From Candidatus Latescibacterota bacterium (GTDB lineage: Bacteria > Latescibacterota > UBA2968 > UBA8231), in contig OZ244561.1 of assembly GCA_965217585.1 (NCBI GenBank), positions 5,280,001 through 5,344,000 of the forward strand: DNA of 64,000 nucleotides, written 5' to 3'. The notes below the pieces were generated by a model that worked only from the letters and a program-made list of their open reading frames with translations, was not told the origin of the DNA and searched no databases. The position numbers and the translations under genes are program-made. This document shows positions 10,001 through 19,124 of the stretch, in pieces (the first letter of the stretch is position 1; each line of letters opens with the position of its first letter).

Positions 10001-10826
10001 GGGTTCACTACAAAGGCTCGTCGCGCTCTATTTGCAGCAGCGATGTGGGGAAGAGCGGGATTTCATCCTCGGCGAGAAGCCTCTGAAAACGCTGAGGCTT
10101 GCACAGGATGTGCGCAACCTCTTGTTGGGCGATTTCAAACAGCTCCCTAGGCAGAGTACCTATCGGGAGTGGGAGACATGGCTGAAAGGGGAGGACCAGC
10201 ATCTGCAAATAACCTTTGAGCAGGATTGTGCCACCCAGCATCCAAAGGCCGCATTCGTCATGCCGCTGCATCCTTTGGTGAAACAGGCGGCCCGGTTTTT
10301 TGATAGTGATGAACAGGCCGTCGTCAACCTGAAGGTGCGGGACGATAATGCGCCGGCTGGCCGGTATCAATTCGTCGTTTATCAGTGGCGGTTCTACGGC
10401 ATCCGGGAAGATTTGAAGCTCAGGCTGGTTGCCTCGTCGGACGCAGTAGCGCCGCATTTGGGTCACCTTTTGGAGAAGGCGGAGGATGCCGAGGTAGGGG
10501 AACAGGGCGGGTGGGACGAACTGGAGGCACAGCATTATCGGCTGTGGTCTGAGGCACGGGCAGAGCATCGGCAACGGACTCAGGAGTTGGCAGCGTACCG
10601 CAGAGAGAGTTTGGCGACGAGCCATCAGGCGCAGATGGCACTGCTTGGGGAGCAGCTTGAAAAGGCGAGTAATGAGAACATACAGAGAATGCGGCGGTCG
10701 CAGATAGGCCGAGCAGAGGCTGATTACAACCGGCGCGTTGAGGATTTGGATAGGGCCGAGGAGAACGTCGATATTGTGGCTGAGCCAGTGGCGTATGGGG
10801 TTCTCAACATTGAGGAAATAAAATGA
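7029..10826 (+). CDS. SNF2/RapA/DrmD-like helicase with an extra ~250-aa helical N-terminal region
   Basis: ADGVGVGKT (motif I), DEAHH (II), LTATP (III), [26 protein letters not shown] (V/VI); coiled-coil-like C-terminus. Confidence 0.9.
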   Translation: [1265 protein letters not shown]

Positions 10827-13092
10827 GCCTAGAAGAATTACGACTGAAGCGTTTGAAGTGGGTAGAGGCGAACCGCGAAAACGGCTTTGATGACGGCATC
10901 AGACGTTTACTAACCGATCTATATCCCGACAACGCGCACTTCATTTATGAGCTTCTGCAAAATGCCGAGGATGCTCGCGCAACAGAGGTGCGCTTCACTC
11001 TCAGAGAGGACAGTGCCGAATTTGAACACAACGGCGCTCGACTGTTCTCTCTGGAGGATGTGGACTCTATTACAAGCATCGGCTTCAGCACAAAGAGAGA
11101 GGATCAGACCAGCATCGGCAAGTTTGGTGTTGGTTTTAAAGCTGTATTTGCCTATACGGAGACGCCTGAAGTTGTATCGGGTGAATATCATTTTCGCATT
11201 CGTGATTTGGTCGTGCCCGATACGGAAGAATTGGCTTCCTGTCCGCGGGACGAGAAACAGACCTACTTCTCTTTCCCTTTTGATAATGACAAAAAGCCAC
11301 CTGAAAAAGCTCGTGCTGAAATAGAAAGAAATCTGCAGGAGTTGGATGAAAGTACGCTTCTCTTCCTCAGCGGTATCAAAAAAATAGAATATCGGCTGCC
11401 TGATTCGACCGAGGGTTTTATCGAGCGGAGAGAAATAAGTCAGGAAAACAGAATTGAGATTCTCGTCCAGCGTCCAGGAGACTCGGAACCGGCTTCAGTC
11501 TCTTTTCTTCGGTTTGAAAAGGAGGTCGAGGTAAGTGACGAAGATAGTGAACCGAAGTCGTGCCGTATCGCCACAGCTTTCCTTTTAGAGAAGAAACAAG
11601 AACAGACTGAGAAAAGACCAACTAAAAAACAAAAGCGATACCAAAGTGTTCAATGGAGAATAAAGTCGTTAGAACCAGGGCAAGTCTTTATTTACTTTCC
11701 TGCCGAAAAGGAAACGTCCAATCTGCGGTTTCATCTCCACGCACCTTTTGCTTCAACCGTTGCCCGCGATAGTGTCCGTGATTGTACGGAAAATAATGAA
11801 TTGCGAGATCACTTGGCGAATTTAATCATGGAGTCAATGGCCACTATACGTGATCGAGGGTTGTTGACCGTAGAATTTTTGGCGACTCTCCCTAATGATC
11901 AAGACAATCTATCTTGGTTCTACAAGCCAATTATGGATAGACTGGTTGAGGTGTTCACTAACGAAAGACTAGTCCCGATGAAACAGGGAGGTCATGGTCC
12001 TGCAAAGGATGTTTTCAGAGGACTAGCACGGCTATCTGATATTATCGACGACAAAGATTTAGTGACGATTCTAAATGGGGGGCACTCTCCACCGCTTTGG
12101 ATTGCAAATCCTCCACAACGAAACCAACGAGAAGATCGTTTCTTATCTATGCTGGAGATCACAGAGTGGACGACCGCAGACCTTGTGGATGAATTATCCG
12201 AAGAGCCTGAGAGAATAATAAAATGGTTAAAAAGAAAAACATACGAGTGGCACCAGAGATTCTATGTTTTGTTATTGGATGAATTAGGAAGAGACTCGTC
12301 CTACAAGTTACGGAACCTTCGCATTATTCGATGCAGTGATAAAACCTACAAAAGAGGAACGGAGTGCTATTTTCCAAGTGACGGAGTGGAGCATGATGAA
12401 GCTATGCCCCGCGTCGCCAAGAATCTCTATTTGTTAGGCAAAGACAAGAATCAACAGGATAAAGCCCGCGAATTCCTTGAAAAAATCGGGGTTCGTGAAG
12501 TCGGTGAAAAAGAGCGAATTGGGGCGATTCTGAGAGATAGATATTTCTCTAGACATGTAAGTAATGAAGGATTCGCATCAAAAATTAAGGATATAAAGCG
12601 CTTCATTGATTTTGTGGTACAACATCCCAATCAGACATATATGTTCAAACATTACTCCATATTCAAACTGACTAATGGGAAATGGGGTAAACCGAGTGAG
12701 ATTTACATTGATTCCCCATTCTATGAAACTGGACTATCAGCCTATTACGATGCATTGGGAGATGAGGCACAATGTTGGGCATTATCCGAAGATTATGAAA
12801 AGAGTGGAATTAGCACTGATAAAATCGGAAAATTTGCAAAAGAAGTTGGCGCACAAAATCAATTGTGCGTTAAAGAACAATCTATCCCGTGGGATCATCC
12901 TTTACAAAGATATGGCGATAGGACAACCTACTATGAAAAAGGTGTAGACTATGATATACCAGAATTCGGTGTATTACTGAATGACCCCAATTTGAGAAAG
13001 TCTCGGCTTATACGGGACACAATGAACAGATTATCTGGTGACTATCTCGAAGCTAGGTATAGACCAAATAAACGGAATAAGTAGTTTAAGGC

Positions 13093-13121
13093 TTTACTAA
13101 CTCCCTTTATTTTGGTATATT
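13093..13121 (+). promoter_or_regulatory. Putative sigma70 promoter for the IS1595 transposase
   Basis: TTTACT-17 bp-TATATT with TGn extended -10; the -35 lies inside the left IR. Confidence 0.5.
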
Positions 13122-13147
13122 TATGAATAAAGAAAGGGAGTTAAGCC

Positions 13148-14020
13148 ATGAACCTAATCAGCGTTTCCAACCAGTTCCCCGACCAAACCAGTTGCATCGC
13201 CCATTTAGAAGTTATCCGTTTTGAGGACCAAGCCTTTTGCCCGCTTTGCTCAAGCGAAGACGTCGCCCGTAAAGCGGAGGGCGCAAAGGTTGGCCGCTGG
13301 AATTGCCACCATTGCACGTCGAGTTTTAACGTGCTATCTGGTACCATTTTCCAAGGTACCCGGGTCCCATTGCAAAAGTGGTTTTTGGCGATTGGTTTGA
13401 TGGCCAATGCCAAAAAGAGCTTGTCGAGTTTCCAGCTTGGCCGTGATCTGGAGCTGAACCAGAAAACAGCATGGTACATGCAACAGCGCATCCGGGCGGC
13501 GATGGCGTCCGATGAGGGTGCGCTGTTGCGAGGTATCATTGAAGCCGACGAAACCTATCTCGGCGGCAAGCCTCGCCACAAGGACAAAAACAACAAGCGC
13601 GGCCGCGGCGCATCCGGCAAAACGTCTGTTGTCGGAGCCGTCCAGCGCAAGGGAGACGTGAAAGCTCAAGTCACCGACGATACCAAGGGCGTAACCGTCT
13701 TGGGCTTTATCGAGCAGTCCGTCGAGGTAGAAGAATCGTCGTTGATTACGGACGAATACGCGGCCTATACCAACGCGTACAAGCTCATGCCCCACCGCGT
13801 AATCAAGCACAGCGAGGGCTACGTCGATCCAAAGGACAAGAGCCTGCACAGCAATACCATCGAGGGCTTTTGGTCGCTACTCAAGAGGGCGTGGTACGGC
13901 TCGCATCACCAGTACACCAAAGGCTGGGCACCGCTGTTTGTGGCCGAAGCCGTCTGGAAGCATAATCACCGCAAGGACGAAAGGATTTTCGATAGCTTGC
14001 TGGGGGCCTGTATGGGCTAG
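13148..14020 (+). CDS. IS1595-family transposase
   Basis: Zn ribbon CPLC...CHHC, GTIFQGTRVPLQKWF, IEADETY, ITDEYAAY, HSNTIEGFWSLLKR. Confidence 0.95.
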   Translation: MNLISVSNQFPDQTSCIAHLEVIRFEDQAFCPLCSSEDVARKAEGAKVGRWNCHHCTSSFNVLSGTIFQGTRVPLQKWFLAIGLMANAKKSLSSFQLGRDLELNQKTAWYMQQRIRAAMASDEGALLRGIIEADETYLGGKPRHKDKNNKRGRGASGKTSVVGAVQRKGDVKAQVTDDTKGVTVLGFIEQSVEVEESSLITDEYAAYTNAYKLMPHRVIKHSEGYVDPKDKSLHSNTIEGFWSLLKRAWYGSHHQYTKGWAPLFVAEAVWKHNHRKDERIFDSLLGACMG

Positions 14021-14218
14021 CTAGTACAAATGCCGATGTGGAGATTCGGCGAAAGCATCGCGGCGAAAGCAACGCCCCGTTTCGGCGTCTGGATAGTCAA
14101 AGGCCCGACCCATAGGACCGCGCTTGAAGCGAGCGCCAACTTTCTTGAGCCAATAGAGTAAGAGCTTGACACCGGATAAGGCAGACAGTACCATAAGAAA
14201 AGTCGTGAAAAATTCCAT
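14021..14218 (-). CDS. Small 65-aa protein with one N-terminal hydrophobic helix (IS passenger)
   Basis: GAGGGAG RBS just upstream of the ATG; hydrophobic FFTTFLMVLSALSGVKLLLYWL followed by basic residues. Confidence 0.5.
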   Translation of the reverse strand: MEFFTTFLMVLSALSGVKLLLYWLKKVGARFKRGPMGRAFDYPDAETGRCFRRDAFAESPHRHLY

Positions 14219-14278
14219 TTAGCTCCCTCTCAAGGATTAATGGGATTGCGGCTGCTTTTCTTCCGTCAGGGAAAGTGT

Positions 14279-14320
14279 AAGGCCCTCGATGCTTATAACA
14301 TCGAGGGCCTTTTTGTGTTT
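14279..14320 (+). terminator. Intrinsic terminator hairpin inside the IS1595 element
   Basis: Perfect 13-bp stem aaggccctcgatg / catcgagggcctt followed by a T-rich tail on the + strand. Confidence 0.8.
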
Positions 14321-14343
14321 CTATGTAGAACTATAACAAATGT

Positions 14344-15663
14344 TTACGGTCCGACAAGGCCGACGCCGCTTTGAACTTCGTCCCCTACGGTACAGGTCCA
14401 AAAAGTTGCATGAAATGAAGCTTGTGGTTTAGCTCGAGGGTAAGGATAGGTGTAAGGGTATTGGGATCGATCTTTGAGATACTCATATCCTTCTTCAGAT
14501 GGTAGCGGCGACTGGAAATTCTCCCATCGTTTTATATATCCTGCATTGTCTCTATTAACTTGGTATCCAAGACAAGCCAAGGCCTCAAGTGTCACGGTGG
14601 ATATTCTCTTTATTTTGGGGCTTCCGTTACCGCCCATAACATCCTCTGGAAGGATTAATCCGCTCCAATGAACTCCACTCCAGTTAGTAGGCACAGGATT
14701 TCCCGTAAAAACAGGACCCTCTAAGGCATTGAAAACTTCAATGGTTTGGGGATCGGAAAAGTAAGCCTCATATCCAGTTACGCCCGGTTCGCCACCCCAT
14801 TTTTCTCCCTTGTCCTTTATAAACTGAGACCAGATATACGTAGAACCAAAACCAAGAGCGTGGCCTATCTCATGTAAGGCCATCATCCTCATCCGGTGTT
14901 CCCCTACATTTTGTATATTTTCGGCTACGGGAGGGTCAAAGTATTCCGCATTCCCTTCAATATGTTCCCAGAACTCCTCGCTTTCATATCTGATAGCGCC
15001 TATAAGTGGAAGGTCGCTTCCGTCTGTTCGCGTGGCATAGACCCCGGCCTGAGCACCTGCTGTCGAAGGATGATCGTCAATGATGTCTACATAAATGAGT
15101 AGATCATCGACTAAATGCCCCGGCAATGGATGAACAAAACCGCCTTCATAACTCCACCATTCGGGAATAGCCTCGTCGGGTAAATCCCCAACAATAACCT
15201 CCTCCCACATATCCGCAGCTTGTCTAAACCAGAGACGTTCTCTCTCAGGAACGACGTCTTCAAAAATGAAGACTATATCAAAATCCGAGTCAGCCCACGT
15301 GGTAAAGTTTTCTTCGGCAAAGACCCAGTTGGACGGCCCGTTGGCATTCTCGGCCCTCACCGCCCAGCGGTATTCGGTGCCCGGTTCGAGGTCGTAAATG
15401 GTATTGTACAAACGGTCGCCCTTGTGCGGCTCATTGGTCCAGCGGCCGGACAAAGTCCGATAGTTGATGTCGTAGTCCGTAGCCCCGTCCACCCCGTCCC
15501 ACAGGACTTTGACGGACGTATCGGAAAGGACCTCGCAACGCAAATTGGTCGGCCCGGCCAGCACGGCCACCTTGCCGGCCGGAGCAACGGGCGCGGGCCG
15601 ATCGGGAGAGCAGGAAAGAAAAAGAGCGGGAACAAAAACGAGGAGAAACAGGCAGCGCAGCAT
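14344..15663 (-). CDS. Lipoprotein with fibronectin type III domain and leishmanolysin-like zinc metallopeptidase domain (IS passenger)
   Basis: Lipobox LFLSC; FN3 (PTNL..VLW...Y.INY...DLEPGTEYRWAVRAEN..G.S.W); LHEIGHALGFG zinc motif, HW, EDVM Met-turn, ISTVTLEALACLGY. Confidence 0.85.
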   Translation of the reverse strand: MLRCLFLLVFVPALFLSCSPDRPAPVAPAGKVAVLAGPTNLRCEVLSDTSVKVLWDGVDGATDYDINYRTLSGRWTNEPHKGDRLYNTIYDLEPGTEYRWAVRAENANGPSNWVFAEENFTTWADSDFDIVFIFEDVVPERERLWFRQAADMWEEVIVGDLPDEAIPEWWSYEGGFVHPLPGHLVDDLLIYVDIIDDHPSTAGAQAGVYATRTDGSDLPLIGAIRYESEEFWEHIEGNAEYFDPPVAENIQNVGEHRMRMMALHEIGHALGFGSTYIWSQFIKDKGEKWGGEPGVTGYEAYFSDPQTIEVFNALEGPVFTGNPVPTNWSGVHWSGLILPEDVMGGNGSPKIKRISTVTLEALACLGYQVNRDNAGYIKRWENFQSPLPSEEGYEYLKDRSQYPYTYPYPRAKPQASFHATFWTCTVGDEVQSGVGLVGP

Positions 15664-16060
15664 GGGAACATCTCCTGAAAAGATTTGAGAAGGGACGATG
15701 AACCCCCAAAATTAGGAGGGTCGGGCCTTGTCCCTTCTCATGCTGCGCTTGTAGCACTGGAAGTCGGCTTATTCGCAAGCACTAGGTGGCCTACCTAGTG
15801 AAGATGCTATTGTATTGGGCCGAGACCCGATTACTCCGTACAAAAGTTGGATAAAGCGCATACATGATAAGGGACGATTCCTAAAATAGTCCACTTCAAG
15901 GGGAAGTCAAGCCCTAAACTACTTATCCCGTTTTTGTCTGAGGCCAAAGCACAATGGTTGGAAGCAGTCGAATTCGAAAAAAACAAGCGGGATCGCGAGG
16001 TAAGAGAACGTTTAGAAAAGGAACGAGCGACTCAAGAATATCAACATAAAGAAGGAGTTC

Positions 16061-17326
16061 CAGGGCAATCGCATTATAAGTTGATTTTTACCATGCGGTT
16101 ATGTTACTTTTGGCCGTTCTATGGAGATTAGCTTCATGTCCTCCCATTTCCCTCTTGCTCGGAGTGTTTCTTCATGCCCTCATCGTCTTCAGGGTTGCTG
16201 GATTATCTGGCCGATATCCCCGACCCGCGTATGGAGCGTTGTCGGGCGCATCGCTTGATTGATATTCTCATGATTGCGGTGTGTGGCTCTATCTGCGGGG
16301 CCGACAACTGGGTGGCGATCGCCGAATTTGGCCGGGCTAAAACCGACTGGCTTAAGACGTTCTTGGCTTTGCCCAACGGCATCCCCTCGCATGATACCTT
16401 CGGTCGCGTGTTGGCCCGTATTTCGCCTTGGCATTTCCAAGACTGTTTCACCGCTTGGGTGCAATCGCTGATGCCGAAGTTGGCCGACGAAGGCGAGATC
16501 GTGCCGCTGGATGGCAAGACGCTGCGCCGCTCCTACGATACAGGCTCGGGCCAAGCCGCCATCCACATGGTGCATGCTTGGGCGGTAAAAAATCGGCTGG
16601 TCTTGGGACAATTCCATGGTGAAGAAGCCTTGGAAGAAATCTCGATTATCCCCGAATTATTACGCGTGTTAGGCCTCAAAGGCTGCCTGGTCACCACCGA
16701 TGCGTTGGGGTGTCATACGAGCACGGCCGAACAGGTCGTCGAACAAGAGGCCGACTATGTGCTGGCCGTCAAGGCCAATCAACCCAAACTCCACGCCCAT
16801 CTCCAACAGCTTTTTGACCGTTCCGACTCGAAACTCCACGCTGATCCCGCCGTAGATTATTGGGGTACTCAGGACGAAAACCACGGGCGTTGCGAAACGC
16901 GGCAGTACTGGACCACCGACCAGATCGAGGATTTTGCCGGGCATGCCCTGTGGCCGGGCTTACGCCTGTTTGGTATGGTCGAGGCCACCCGGCGCTGCGG
17001 CGATACTGTTTCGGTCGAACGACGTTACTATATCTCCACGCTGGACAACAACGCCCAACGGTTGGGGCAGGCCGTGCGCGGGCATTGGGCTATTGAGAAT
17101 GCATTACACTGGATCCTTGATGTCGTCTTCAACGAAGATCAGTCCCGCATACGCCGGGGGCATGGCCCCGAAAATATGGCCGTTATACGCCACATCGCGC
17201 TCAATCTACTCCAGCAAGACAAAACAACCAAAGCTGGCATCCAAACCAAACGGCTCAAGGCTGGCTGGGACCACAAATATCTGGCTAAACTTTTGTCGCA
17301 TGGCCATTTATAATGCGATTGCCCTG
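16061..17326 (+). mobile_element. ISAs1-family insertion sequence
   Basis: Perfect 19-bp IR cagggcaatcgcattataa (16061-16079 / 17308-17326); 9-bp target duplication aaggagttc (16052-16060 / 17327-17335). Confidence 0.95.
16174..17313 (+). CDS. ISAs1-family transposase
   Basis: IPDPR, GIPSHDTFGRV, LDGKTLRRS, TTDALGC, YVLAVKANQ, VRGHWAIENALHWILDVVFNED. Confidence 0.96.
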   Translation: MPSSSSGLLDYLADIPDPRMERCRAHRLIDILMIAVCGSICGADNWVAIAEFGRAKTDWLKTFLALPNGIPSHDTFGRVLARISPWHFQDCFTAWVQSLMPKLADEGEIVPLDGKTLRRSYDTGSGQAAIHMVHAWAVKNRLVLGQFHGEEALEEISIIPELLRVLGLKGCLVTTDALGCHTSTAEQVVEQEADYVLAVKANQPKLHAHLQQLFDRSDSKLHADPAVDYWGTQDENHGRCETRQYWTTDQIEDFAGHALWPGLRLFGMVEATRRCGDTVSVERRYYISTLDNNAQRLGQAVRGHWAIENALHWILDVVFNEDQSRIRRGHGPENMAVIRHIALNLLQQDKTTKAGIQTKRLKAGWDHKYLAKLLSHGHL

Positions 17327-17602
17327 AAGGAGTTCTTAAATCAGTGGGATTTAATTCTGTCGAGCAAGCCCAGAAACTTGCAAAGTTAAACAAGGAAAAT
17401 CCCGGAATGATAGACGAACTTATTCGGAGACAGGGAGCTGATAAGCAGAGGCCGACATTTCCAGAGAGAACATCAAATAATCCGGATCGTAGGCAAGAAA
17501 AAGTTAAAGAACAACTTGAAGACGCTTCAGAGAAAGAATACGAAGAGCGAAAAAGAAGCGTCCGAATTTCACGAGGAGATATTGACCCTAACATCGATCT
17601 TA

Positions 17603-18758
17603 AGTAGTTAACAAAAAGTCCGTTGACACTTTTCCCTTGCCCTCTAAACTTAGTTGTATGCCCGGAGGCCGCTTATGACTCCGTTTTCCCTTCCCCGCCG
17701 CGAGCGCCGCTTGTTGGAGGCTTTGGTCGTCCAAACCCCGGATGCGATGGTCTTACGTCGAGCGCAAGCCCTGCTTTGGGTGGCGGCGGGCGATTCGGTA
17801 ACTCATGTTGCTCAACGCCTGTGTGTTACGCGTCAAGCCATCTATAAATGGATCCGGCTGTTTGAGCAATCGTCGATCTCGAATCTGGCGACGCGCCTTC
17901 AAGCCGCCCCCCGCAGTGGACGACCGGGTAAAGTAAAAGGCGTGATTGAGCCCCTGCTAGACGAAGTCATCGATCACGATCCTCGTCTTTTCGGCCTCAA
18001 TTCAACGGTATGGACCGCGTCGTTATTGGCGCAGTATCTACACGCAGAGCATACCCTCTGCGTTTCGGTGTCTAGTATCCGCCAAGCGCTGGTTCGATTA
18101 GATATTAAATGGAAACGGCCTCGGCATACCTTGTCCTTGCGCTCGCCGACTTGGCGGCAAGCCAAAGGCGGGTTAAAAAGGGGCTGGCGACGCGGAAACG
18201 CACCGTAATCCTCATGCTGGATGAAGTCATTCTCACCGAAACGCCGCCGTTGTATAGTTGTTATGGGCACCGTGGCCAACCGGTGCAGGTGCCGATCACC
18301 GGCCAGCGCGCCAAACGGATTCTGCACGGCGCGCTTAACATCAAAAGTGGCGAGGTCGCGCTGCTGATTTCGCAGGAATGGACGCAAGATACCCACCAGA
18401 TTTTTCTGCGTCTCATACGCGCCCACTGGCGCGGATGGCAGATCGTCCTCTTTGAAGATCGGGGCTCGCCTCATAAAGCGGAAGGCAGTTTGCGGTTGGC
18501 GGCCGACCTGAATATGGAAATTCGTCTATTACCGCGGGCCACCCCGGAGTTGAATGCGATGGATCATTTATGGCGTTGGGTGAAAGGACGCGGGTTGGCC
18601 AACCAACCCACCGCCTCCATCGATGAGTCCGCCGATAGGGCATGCCAGTATATCTGGCAACTGAGGCCGCAGGAGCGATTGCAAAAAGCCGGCGTCTACG
18701 CTGATAATTTCTGGCTGAAGTCATAAACCTGGTGTAAACGAACTTTTTGTCACCTACT
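17603..18758 (+). mobile_element. IS630-family insertion sequence
   Basis: Imperfect ~27-bp IRs (agtagttaacaaaaagtccgttgacac / gtgtaaacgaactttttgtcacctact) flanked by duplicated TA at 17601-17602 and 18759-18760. Confidence 0.92.
17675..18726 (+). CDS. IS630 transposase in two frames (HTH orfA 17675-18208; DDE orfB to 18726), probable -1 frameshift
   Basis: RRAQALL..HTH, PRSGRP and WT motifs in orfA; LDE, EDRGSPH, LPRATPELNAMDHLW in orfB; overlap contains TTAAAAAGGGG at about 18173-18183. Confidence 0.88.
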
Positions 18759-19124
18759 TAGAAACCAGTATATGAATAATTCCGACGAGATGGTGTGCCA
18801 GATTTGCAAGGAGGAAATGCCGTTCAAAAAACGAGATGGCGAGTATTACTTTGAGGCAGTAGAGGCACTTTCAAAAGACTATTTTATTAAGGAACACGAA
18901 GCTCAATTCCTCGCGTTATGCCCCCTGTGCGCGGCAATGTACAAGGAATTTGTGATACGTGACGAAGACGCCATGAAAAAGTTGTATCGCGCTTTGAAGG
19001 ACTCGGAGGATCTTGAGGTGCCGCTGAAATTGGGAGAGTTAGAGACAAGTATCCGGTTTGTGCAGACTCACCGCCAAGATATGAAAACAATCCTACATAA
19101 AAAATCAAACGAAAGAGGTACATC

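Larger units (their letters stand above)
13073..15930 (+). mobile_element. IS1595-family element with passenger genes (CGGnnT ends, ISNha5-group-like)
   Basis: 26-bp terminal inverted repeats at 13073-13098 (cggaataagtagtttaaggctttact) and 15905-15930, 3 mismatches; no target duplication visible. Confidence 0.85.

Noticed and set aside
6238-10826. Calling the locus canonical Hachiman or DISARM
   Set aside because: The helicase is SNF2-type rather than Ski2-like HamB, and no DrmA/B/C or methyltransferase genes are present
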